A DNA stretch of 44,536 bases. Origin: a virus. Its lineage: Duplodnaviria; Caudoviricetes. The stretch's first letter is position 1; each line of letters begins with the position of its first letter. The position numbers and the translations under genes were made by a program. Shown in pieces: positions 1 to 8,866 of this stretch. The stretch lies in IMG/VR virus record IMGVR_UViG_3300005804_000118, positions 1-44,536 of that record; one strand, 5' to 3'. The notes below the pieces were generated by a model, which was not told the origin of the DNA, did not search any database, and was given only the letters and a program-made list of their open reading frames with translations.

Positions 1-1644
<1,644 letters not shown>

Positions 1645-1700
1645 CTAAATCGCTAAGAGCCTCTAATGCCAAACAGAATGACGATTTTGCAACCCTAAAA

Positions 1701-1729
1701 TACCCCGCGGGGTAGGATTGGGGTAGGAT
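1701..1729. promoter_or_regulatory. Candidate integrase arm-type sites in att region
   Basis: 14-bp palindrome TACCCCGCGGGGTA (1701-1714) overlapping direct repeat GGGGTAGGAT at 1709-1718 and 1720-1729. Confidence 0.45.
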
Positions 1730-1745
1730 ACAGAAATTACCAAAT

Positions 1746-1770
1746 AAAAAAAGCTCCCTATTGGGGAGCT
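1746..1770 (-). terminator. Rho-independent terminator for integrase
   Basis: AGCTCCC/GGGAGCT stem with A7 on its left (U-tract on minus strand), just past the int stop. Confidence 0.75.
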
Positions 1771-1782
1771 GAAAATCAACAA

Positions 1783-3006
1783 TTACGAGAGGCTTCTCAT
1801 TAGTTCGCTGAACTTTTGGGAAGCTTCTTTTTTCATGGCTTTGGTGGTATGCATATATACCCATTTGGTCGTTTCTTCGTCCTTATGGCCAAGACGTTCC
1901 ATGATCATGGGGAGTGTGACTCCTGCTTCGGCCAGCAGACTGGTATGTGTGTGCCGGAGTGAGTGAGGAGTGATATCCATACTTAGGTTAGCAAGCTTTA
2001 GCAATCGACGCATTCGGTTAAGTATTGTTTTTTCAATGTCCGGATAACCAAAAAACTTGAATTCATGAGTGAATATAAAATCTTGATCGTGCCATTTCTG
2101 TCGGTGCTTCATTTTCTGGATCTTCTGCCTTGCCTGATGTACTTTAAGTACCTCCAGGACGGCGTTATCCAGCGAGATTTTCCGGTTGGATGTAATATTC
2201 TTGGGCGGCTCCAATATATATTCCGGAATGTTATTGTTGGGGTTATAGAGGGTCTTATAGATCCGGACTGTTCCCGCTTCAAAGTCGATATCTTTCCATT
2301 TGAGCGCCAGCATCTCGCCAACACGCATCCCTGTATATGCCAGGAGCATAAAGACAGCATAATCCTTGTCCATCCCCTTTTCTTTGGCCGTTTGGAGGAA
2401 AAGGGCTAGCTCTTCTTTCTCAAGGTATTTGACCTCACCTTTCTCTTTTTCAAGTTGCTCCACGGTGGCTCTGTCCTTTGGGGCAGAAACCTTATAGGTC
2501 GGATCGCGCTTGATCAGGTACTGGGTAAAGGCCGCGGTAAAAAGCATCCTCCCGGCAGCGTGAATTCCATCTAAGGTATTGAAAGCCAGTCCGGATTTTT
2601 TTAAATCGAGCAAAGCATCCTTATATTGTTTATTGGTGATATTTTTCATTTTCAGTTTAGCAAAATAGGGCTTCAAGCGGCCTATCTGGTGTTTGCGAAT
2701 ACGGATCGTCCCGGCTTTGACTTTCCCCTCATTCTCGTAATCCTGCAGCCACTCATCGGCAAATTCTTCAAAGGTAATATTGGTCTCTTTTACATAAGTG
2801 CCTTCTTCCAGTTCAGTGATAACCAAGTTACAGGCAATTTCGGCTTCTTTCTTCGCTTTGAAGCCGCCTTTTTTGATTGGAATGTTTTCGCCGGTCAATG
2901 GGTTTTTGTAGTTCTCGTGTTCGACCTGATAATACCAGGTTGCACCGCAGGAACATTTTTTCTTATCCTTGCATTTGCATTTTGGCTTAAAAAAATGACC
3001 TCTCAT
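1783..3006 (-). CDS. int: Tyrosine recombinase / phage integrase
   Basis: Arm-binding N-terminus (KKGGFKAKKEA), YTGMRVGE, HSLRHT, LGH, catalytic Tyr in WVYMH. Confidence 0.97.
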   Translation of the reverse strand: MRGHFFKPKCKCKDKKKCSCGATWYYQVEHENYKNPLTGENIPIKKGGFKAKKEAEIACNLVITELEEGTYVKETNITFEEFADEWLQDYENEGKVKAGTIRIRKHQIGRLKPYFAKLKMKNITNKQYKDALLDLKKSGLAFNTLDGIHAAGRMLFTAAFTQYLIKRDPTYKVSAPKDRATVEQLEKEKGEVKYLEKEELALFLQTAKEKGMDKDYAVFMLLAYTGMRVGEMLALKWKDIDFEAGTVRIYKTLYNPNNNIPEYILEPPKNITSNRKISLDNAVLEVLKVHQARQKIQKMKHRQKWHDQDFIFTHEFKFFGYPDIEKTILNRMRRLLKLANLSMDITPHSLRHTHTSLLAEAGVTLPMIMERLGHKDEETTKWVYMHTTKAMKKEASQKFSELMRSLS

Positions 3007-3070
3007 GTTTCAATCCACGCCTCCTTTCATAGGGACGACATATGTTCAGGCAAAAGGGTAAAAAATATAT

Positions 3071-3100
3071 GCTCTCCAGTGATGGGGAGTTTTTTATTTT
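3071..3100 (+). terminator. Terminator-like hairpin oriented antisense to the immA-int transcript
   Basis: CTCTCCA-GTGA-TGGGGAG followed by TTTTTTATTTT on the plus strand. Confidence 0.45.
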
Positions 3101-3591
3101 ATAAGCTTAAATACACCGAAAGGTTCAAAGTAAACAATGTATTCGTCATTAACAGTCGTTGTTAGCCCAAACAGTTTTTTGTAATATTCAATTGACCAAC
3201 AGAGAAAAGTTTCCGTGATACCCAAGTATTCAGCAAGCTCATATTTTGTTCCGATTCCACGTTCAAAAGCAGCAATTATATGCTTCAGAGATACTAAACG
3301 CTTCACAGCCCAGCGGCGGGCCCGATCCTCTTGACGCTTAATATTGAGCTTGTCCGCATCTTTGGCAAGAAGATTTCCTGCACTGGTGTGATAATGTCCT
3401 AGCTCCTCAGCCAATATACATGCTTCTTCGTTTTGAGTTTGAAACTTACTTAAAGCAATAACAGGGGGAATTCCCTTTTCAGCATAATACAAGCCTTTAA
3501 GCCTTCCTGGAAGTATCTTGTCAGCAATAAGTCGAACCGATGAGTTTGCTGTTTCCTGCTGTAGACTTTCAAGAATTGTTAAATTACTCAT
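3094..3591 (-). CDS. ImmA/IrrE-family metallo-endopeptidase (anti-repressor)
   Basis: LAEELGHYHT motif (EExxH variant of HExxH), QEDRARRWA; 4-bp overlap with repressor gene. Confidence 0.85.
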   Translation of the reverse strand: MSNLTILESLQQETANSSVRLIADKILPGRLKGLYYAEKGIPPVIALSKFQTQNEEACILAEELGHYHTSAGNLLAKDADKLNIKRQEDRARRWAVKRLVSLKHIIAAFERGIGTKYELAEYLGITETFLCWSIEYYKKLFGLTTTVNDEYIVYFEPFGVFKLIK

Positions 3592-4187
3592 TCCTCATCC
3601 TTTTTGAATTGTTTTCTGTAGGTCTCAATAAAAGCTTTAACTGCTCTTTGTTCTTCAACGGTCAAATCATCGTTATACCCGTCTGTCTTATGAGCAGCGA
3701 GGGTAATGTTATTTCGCGTTTGATTAACAGGATCGCCAGTCTTAATTTTAACTCGTATTAGCATCTTAATGATATCAAGAATGAATTGATAGAATTCTGC
3801 TCCCTTACATAATTCAATAATTGCATCTGGCGTATATTCAAATTCAATATTATTTTCTTTTCTAATATCCTCGGATTCTTGTGCAATAAGCTGTTCTACT
3901 TGTGGTATGAACCTTGAACCACTGATATATGTCGTCCCTAATAAATCACTGAGAGCAGAATACAATTCATATTGAAATGTATCGAATGCTGGATTGTATG
4001 GTCTATCTAATATTTCGTCTATTGATACGTCAAAGAAGTCTGCAACTTTTTGGACTTTGTCTATAGAAGGAGAATTAGTGTCCCAATTTCTTATTGTTCC
4101 TCTGCCTAACCCTATTTCTCGTTCAAGACCAATCAAAGTCGTATTATTCTTACTGCATAAACCCTGAATCCTTTCAACCAATGACAT
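3588..4187 (-). CDS. XRE-family HTH immunity repressor (ImmR/CI-like)
   Basis: N-terminal HTH (LEREIGLGRGTIRNWD...VADFFDVSIDEIL); C-terminal TLAAH motif common in ImmA-cleaved repressors. Confidence 0.88.
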   Translation of the reverse strand: MSLVERIQGLCSKNNTTLIGLEREIGLGRGTIRNWDTNSPSIDKVQKVADFFDVSIDEILDRPYNPAFDTFQYELYSALSDLLGTTYISGSRFIPQVEQLIAQESEDIRKENNIEFEYTPDAIIELCKGAEFYQFILDIIKMLIRVKIKTGDPVNQTRNNITLAAHKTDGYNDDLTVEEQRAVKAFIETYRKQFKKDEE

Positions 4188-4236
4188 GGCAACAGCCTAC
4201 TTTCTAAAAAAGTCTAAAATTTAATACCGATTTGTA

Positions 4237-4265
4237 TTGACTAGTGCTAAATTTAGCACTATAAT
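4237..4265 (+). promoter_or_regulatory. Rightward sigmaA promoter with operator palindrome
   Basis: TTGACT-17bp-TATAAT; perfect 20-bp palindrome TAGTGCTAAATTTAGCACTA (4242-4261) fills the spacer. Confidence 0.85.
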
Positions 4266-4374
4266 AGGGTCAACAGCTTAAGTAACCGAAATATAGTAAC
4301 AAAAAACCAAGGGTTTTATAACCCGAAAAAGGAAAATCGTTTGCCCGACGATTAGTATTTGGTGTTACTTATTA

Positions 4375-4403
4375 AGAATAGTGTAAAATTTACTACTTGT
4401 CAA
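4375..4403 (-). promoter_or_regulatory. Leftward sigmaA promoter with related operator
   Basis: Minus strand TTGACA-17bp-TATTCT; spacer AGTAGTAAATTTTACAC resembles the 4242 palindrome. Confidence 0.75.
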
Positions 4404-4458
4404 TACGTAGGCTGTTATTTTTTTTACTTTTTTTACCAGAAGGGAGGAAATTTACTAA

Positions 4459-4788
4459 ATGTTAATTGTTGAAAACATCAAAAACCTTTGTAAGCAACAT
4501 AGAACTTCTATCCCAAAATTAGAGGTAGAATTTGGTTTTGGGCACGGTGCGGTCTATGGCTGGGATACAAGCACACCTGGTGTTGATAAGGTCAAGAAAA
4601 TTGCGGACTATTTCGGAGTATCTATTGAATTCTTGTTAAGTGGAACAGACCAGGCTCCTCCCCCATTCACGATTCAAACAATTCTTAAACTTGCCAAAGA
4701 TAACAGAGCCAATATCGGTACGGTTATTTCGGTGCTGGATGAAGCTAAGTCAGCTGTTTTGAGTGGAGTGGTAGAGAAAACGGGGTGA
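4459..4788 (+). CDS. XRE-family HTH regulator (Cro-like)
   Basis: HTH LEVEFGFGHGAVYGWD...KIADYFGVSIEFLL; first rightward gene; GGGAGG RBS. Confidence 0.85.
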   Translation: MLIVENIKNLCKQHRTSIPKLEVEFGFGHGAVYGWDTSTPGVDKVKKIADYFGVSIEFLLSGTDQAPPPFTIQTILKLAKDNRANIGTVISVLDEAKSAVLSGVVEKTG

Positions 4789-4794
4789 GAAAGA

Positions 4795-5565
4795 ATGAGC
4801 TTATCACTTATCAAGTCCGAAAACTTCGGCAACGCCCAATGCGACTTTTATCGTAATGATCAAGAGCAACCATGTATGACTGCCGAGCAATTAGGTTTAG
4901 CTCTTGGATATTCAATACCAAGAGAAAGCATTAACAAACTTGTTAGCAGAAATGAATATTTGAGACAATATGACTTTTCAGTCGAAGTCAAATTGACTTC
5001 GACTGATGGCAAGCAGTATGAAACTCGCGTATTCTCTGAAGATGGAATCTATGAAGTAACCATGTTAGCAAAGACAGAAAAGGCAAAAGAATTCCGTGTA
5101 TGGGTTCGCAGAGTTTTGAAGTCTCTTCGCAAAGGCGAAGCAATCCTGGTAAGGCCTCAATCCGAAGAAGCAAAGCTTATGATCCAGAAGCAGCGAGCTG
5201 AGGCAATGCTCTTAAATGCCAGAACGCGCCAAGCGAAACTTATCTTAGATATGCAGAAGAACAAAAATCTTTCACCGGTGGCAGTAGAACTCTTGGGAAT
5301 AAACGCCTTGGAAAAGATAATCGATCAGCCAGTTATGTATCGTCCGGAAATCCAGAAAACTTACACAGCTACAGAGATTGCGAACGAAATCGGTATATCC
5401 GCAAACGCTTTAGGTAAACTTGCTAACGCAAACGGACTTAAAACAGACGAGTTCGGCATCACAATCCTGGACAAGTCGCCATACAACTCAAAGCAGGTGC
5501 CATCATTCCGGTATAACGACAGAGGCAGGACAAGGCTGATTGAGTTAGCCAAGAAACGGAGCTGA
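4795..5565 (+). CDS. BRO-N domain phage antirepressor
   Basis: FSEDGIYEVTMLAKTEKAKEFRVWV Bro-N motif; C-terminal YTATEIA..LGKLAN HTH. Confidence 0.85.
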   Translation: MSLSLIKSENFGNAQCDFYRNDQEQPCMTAEQLGLALGYSIPRESINKLVSRNEYLRQYDFSVEVKLTSTDGKQYETRVFSEDGIYEVTMLAKTEKAKEFRVWVRRVLKSLRKGEAILVRPQSEEAKLMIQKQRAEAMLLNARTRQAKLILDMQKNKNLSPVAVELLGINALEKIIDQPVMYRPEIQKTYTATEIANEIGISANALGKLANANGLKTDEFGITILDKSPYNSKQVPSFRYNDRGRTRLIELAKKRS

Positions 5566-5571
5566 GATGCC

Positions 5572-5802
5572 ATGACCGAAACATACACTCTCGAGACTCT
5601 TCCAGAGATTCTGACAGCTCAAAACATAGCTGACTACTTAGTAGTTTCCAGACGGCTTGTATATGACTTATTTAAGAAAAATCCATCTGCCGGTGGTATA
5701 CCGAATTTTGATATTGGATTCACGGAAAAGGCATCAAAACGGGTGATGAAAGATGATTTTATTCAGTGGATTCAGGATCAGAAGAATAAAAAGGCAGGTT
5801 AA
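5572..5802 (+). CDS. Excisionase-like HTH protein
   Basis: LPEILTAQNIADYL.VSRRLVYDL, KRVMKDDFIQWI (HTH_17-like). Confidence 0.75.
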   Translation: MTETYTLETLPEILTAQNIADYLVVSRRLVYDLFKKNPSAGGIPNFDIGFTEKASKRVMKDDFIQWIQDQKNKKAG

Positions 5803-5853
5803 CTTATGAGCCTGTCTGGGTCATAAGAACAGCCAAGAGAGCGAGATGATTCA

Positions 5854-6033
5854 ATGCCTAAACGCAAACAAAACCGCCGCCAACGTCGAGCCCAAGAACA
5901 GCAGCGCAGAATAAACAAGCTTATAGCCAACAAAACAGCGCTGTTCTCTCATCGAAAGGACGTTCAGCGGCGGGATCTGGAAAGCAGTTGCAGACTAACG
6001 GCTCTGCTTTATATAAATGGAATGCTTACATAG
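5854..6033 (+). CDS. 59-aa Arg-rich peptide (not in supplied ORF track)
   Basis: MPKRKQNRRQRRAQEQQRRINKLIANKTALFSHRKDVQRRDLESSCRLTALLYINGMLT; fills gap, stop adjoins next RBS; weak own RBS. Confidence 0.5.
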   Translation: MPKRKQNRRQRRAQEQQRRINKLIANKTALFSHRKDVQRRDLESSCRLTALLYINGMLT

Positions 6034-6054
6034 GAGGGAGGTGTAAATAAAGAG

Positions 6055-6414
6055 ATGGCACAGACCAAAGAGGTCAATATCATGGAGTTGGCCAGAGGAG
6101 CGATTCTGGAGCAGATTGATCACGCGATGAAGATGGTCATGGAAAATATCCTGGATCCCAATACCGAAGTCAAAACTGCCCGAAAGCTGACAATCAATTT
6201 GACGTTTAAGCCTGATGACAGCCGGGAGATTGTCAATTGTTCCGCCCAAGCTAAACCAACGTTGGCACCGATTAAGCCGATTGTAACTAACATCATCGTT
6301 GAGGCTGACAGAAATGGTAATCCGATGGCCGCTGAGCTAACCAGGGATAACCCAAACCAGCAAGCCATGTTTGCAGAACCTGAAGATACCAAGATTATCA
6401 GAATGGCGAAGTAA
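6055..6414 (+). CDS. Conserved phage early protein (often annotated replication-terminator-like)
   Basis: ARGAILEQID..MENILDPNT..KTARKLTINLTFKP pattern; strong GGAGG RBS. Confidence 0.6.
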   Translation: MAQTKEVNIMELARGAILEQIDHAMKMVMENILDPNTEVKTARKLTINLTFKPDDSREIVNCSAQAKPTLAPIKPIVTNIIVEADRNGNPMAAELTRDNPNQQAMFAEPEDTKIIRMAK

Positions 6415-6440
6415 TTTCATCCAGGAAGGAAAGAGAAAAG

Positions 6441-7160
6441 ATGATTAAAGAAGCGCTCCAATACATTATTAGCCTGAAAAACCCGGAGATCATTGAGCAT
6501 GACGGTATGCGTTTTGCAGACAAGCAACTTTCGAAGCTACCCGGCATAATACCCGATCATGTCGCCACTAAAAGCCTGGCAAGTATCGTGGATCTCATTT
6601 CCGCAGAAATTGAAGGCCCGCGGTTTGAAGGTCGGAGGCTTATCGTTCACGTGAAAAGTCCACTTGAAGTTTCTGTTAAGTCTTCATTCGGCCCCAATCT
6701 TGACCGGTATGAATTGTACTCCGCGGTTGCCGAAGTCCCGATTATTGTCCTGGGCAAGTTCATTGATTTTGAATCCATGAATATTCAGCTCAAAAGCTGC
6801 TTCTTGCCAACTCCGGCCCGTGAAGAACTGATTGCCTATTTGGGGAACATCAAAGAGGATGCGGTAAAAACAAGCTCTGATGATGGTTTCTCACAAACTA
6901 CTGCGGTTAAGACCGGCATTGCTTCAGTCTCGATGGTTCCACTTACTCCAATTATCTCGCTGGCTCCTTTTCGGACCTTCGTTGAGGTAGACCAGCCGGA
7001 AAGCGAATTCCTTGTCCGTCTTAAGACCGGAGATGGTGTTGCCCTGTTTGAAGCTGATGGCGGAGCCTGGAAAATTAAGGCCAGAAAATACATTAAAAAA
7101 TATTTTATGGATCAGATGGATGATCTGATTGAGGATGGCCGCGTCATTGTGACTGAATAG
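6441..7160 (+). CDS. Conserved phage protein, partner of upstream gene (possibly DUF2303-like)
   Basis: MIKEALQYI, DDGFSQ, LAPFRTFVEVDQPESEFLVRL, ALFEADGGAWK. Confidence 0.6.
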   Translation: MIKEALQYIISLKNPEIIEHDGMRFADKQLSKLPGIIPDHVATKSLASIVDLISAEIEGPRFEGRRLIVHVKSPLEVSVKSSFGPNLDRYELYSAVAEVPIIVLGKFIDFESMNIQLKSCFLPTPAREELIAYLGNIKEDAVKTSSDDGFSQTTAVKTGIASVSMVPLTPIISLAPFRTFVEVDQPESEFLVRLKTGDGVALFEADGGAWKIKARKYIKKYFMDQMDDLIEDGRVIVTE

Positions 7161-7195
7161 TTTATGCCAAGATGTAGTTGGCAATCAATACAAAC

Positions 7196-7283
7196 AAAAA
7201 GCTCCGGTCATTGCACTGGCCTGAGCTACGCTTAAAAAAACTATCTTAAAAACCATTATATGAGCAATGGGGGAATTTGTAAA
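7196..7283 (-). ncRNA. Candidate ~55-nt antisense RNA unit (promoter plus terminator)
   Basis: Minus-strand TTTACA(7283-7278)-17bp-TATAAT(7260-7255), then hairpin 7200-7227 with U-tract. Confidence 0.5.
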
Positions 7284-7284
7284 T

Positions 7285-7806
7285 ATGGATATGAGGTCTT
7301 TTATGCGTTCAATGGAACGCAGCTCTAAAGAAACCTTTGAAAGCATGCGGGAAACCATTTTCGAGGCAGTCTATGATTCCATTCAGGTTGCCCGCGAAGA
7401 AATAGAGAAGCAGCTGGATGTGGAGAGTTTTAGTAAGAACATCATGGCCATTCCCGAGAAAATCAGGGTACAGAAAGAAATCTGCAAGCAGACCAAGACA
7501 GTCTTTGAGGATGCCAAAAGCGCCATAGTCAGCGCCGAGGCCATGCTTGCAGCAGTGATTTCAGCTGAAACGAATGAGGCCGGGAAAGCCAGATTTTCAA
7601 ATGACAATACCCGCCGGGCAGAACTTGAAATCCGTAAGAAGCACGACTTTGATTATCAGCAGGCCTGGGGGCCGTACAAGGAAGCCTTGGACGTCATGGA
7701 TGCAGAGCAGTTTAAGCTTGAGCAACTCTATGATGAGCTGAAGGCATACCAGGTTGTTGGCGGGGTGCTGGCGGCACGGCTTAGCCTGATGAGAGTGGAG
7801 GTGTAA
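7285..7806 (+). CDS. Coiled-coil phage protein upstream of SSB-like gene
   Basis: All-helical ORF; ATG 7285 follows GGGGGA; RFSNDNTRRAEL. Confidence 0.6.
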   Translation: MDMRSFMRSMERSSKETFESMRETIFEAVYDSIQVAREEIEKQLDVESFSKNIMAIPEKIRVQKEICKQTKTVFEDAKSAIVSAEAMLAAVISAETNEAGKARFSNDNTRRAELEIRKKHDFDYQQAWGPYKEALDVMDAEQFKLEQLYDELKAYQVVGGVLAARLSLMRVEV

Positions 7807-7814
7807 TTAATTTC

Positions 7815-8003
7815 ATGCCAGTTAAATTAAAACCTGGTGATAAGGTCATTATGGTTAATTGCTTTGAGGCCAGAGCGGAAAAGAACAAAGATAAAGTTTG
7901 GACGGTTACTTCGGAACCGTGGCCATTATGTGGTTCGGAAGTTGTGAAACTTGAAGGAATATCCGGAGGCTTTGCTACAAAGTATCTAAAGAAAATTAGT
8001 TAA
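7815..8003 (+). CDS. Small hypothetical protein (SH3/KOW-like beta pattern)
   Basis: 62 aa, LKPGDKVIM..WTVTSEP..VVKLEG; GGAGG RBS. Confidence 0.6.
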   Translation: MPVKLKPGDKVIMVNCFEARAEKNKDKVWTVTSEPWPLCGSEVVKLEGISGGFATKYLKKIS

Positions 8004-8008
8004 CAAAA

Positions 8009-8104
8009 CTGGCGGTGGCGCTTCGGGGGTAGTTGCCCGGCGTCTTGAGGAAGGCTTAGCTAAGCAGGCAAAAGCAGTCGGTTAGAACCCGGCCCGCCAA
8101 ACCT
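8009..8104 (+). ncRNA. tRNA-like element lacking a canonical anticodon arm
   Basis: Acceptor-like stem CTGGCGG/CCGCCAA, T-arm GTCGG-TTAGAAC-CCGGC directly stacked on it, 3' A-CCT. Confidence 0.45.
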
Positions 8105-8140
8105 ATCTCTAACAATAACTTACAGGAGGAGAATACTATT

Positions 8141-8866
8141 ATGCCACAAGAAAACATGTTAATGAATATCAACACCCAAGGTCTTACCGAAGCTGAAGTT
8201 CAGGAGATCACCCAAATATATGTTCAGAACTTTGAAGAAAGCCGTGACGGCATCGACTTTAGGCCTCAGCGATACAAGATTAACAAGGACGCCCAAGTAT
8301 TTGTGGATCCTTTTAATACTGCTATCGATGAGCTGGTCGGTGCTGTTTTGTATAAGCAAAAGGTGCGTGGCTGCTGGGAAGAAGGGAACAAGATTCCCCT
8401 TTGCTCCTCATTTGATGCAGTAGAAGGCGTAGACGGAGACGGAAATCGTCGGAAATGTGCTTCCTGCCCCCAGAATCAGTGGGGATCCGGTAAAAAGGGG
8501 AAGGGAAAAGCTTGCAAAGAGATGCGACGCGTGTTCCTGTTAACTAAGGATAATGCTCTGCCAATTCAGATTTCTTTCCCGCCAACGTCAATATCACCGA
8601 TTGATAATTTCTTCTCAGCCAGACTGACAAACAGGATTCCTGATCTAGCAAAAGAGGTAAGATTTGCACTTACCAAACAGAGCAGCGACGGATTTGATTT
8701 TGCTGTTGTAGTCCTCAAAAACGGCAAAGACTTTGAGCCCAAAGAAATCCTTGACCTCAATAGGCTCCGAAACAAATTTGTTGATGGATGGAAGCATATT
8801 GCCATTGACGATGATGAGTATATGCAGGGAGCAGAGGAAGCTGGTGGGGACAATGAACCCTACTAA
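8141..8866 (+). CDS. Putative Zn-binding single-stranded DNA-binding protein
   Basis: CSS.D, CASCPQNQWGS, GKGKACK Cys cluster; acidic tail DDDEY..GGDNEPY like SSB C-termini. Confidence 0.55.
   Translation: MPQENMLMNINTQGLTEAEVQEITQIYVQNFEESRDGIDFRPQRYKINKDAQVFVDPFNTAIDELVGAVLYKQKVRGCWEEGNKIPLCSSFDAVEGVDGDGNRRKCASCPQNQWGSGKKGKGKACKEMRRVFLLTKDNALPIQISFPPTSISPIDNFFSARLTNRIPDLAKEVRFALTKQSSDGFDFAVVVLKNGKDFEPKEILDLNRLRNKFVDGWKHIAIDDDEYMQGAEEAGGDNEPY

Noticed and set aside
3036-3047. Possible LexA (Cheo) box upstream of integrase
   Set aside because: GAAC-ATAT-GTCG on the minus strand has two mismatches to GAAC-N4-GTTC; too weak to call
3094-3591. Inactive ImmA because HExxH reads EELGH
   Set aside because: This variant is common in Firmicute phage ImmA-like proteins; not evidence of decay
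4243-4260. CIRCE-like half sites (AGTGCTAA / TTAGCACT) near groEL
   Set aside because: Halves are in reverse order with a 2-bp gap rather than TTAGCACTC-N9-GAGTGCTAA; better explained as the phage operator
8009-8104. Functional tRNA or selenocysteine tRNA
   Set aside because: No 5-bp/7-nt anticodon arm, T-loop TTAGAAC rather than TTCRANY, ends CCT; kept only as tRNA-like
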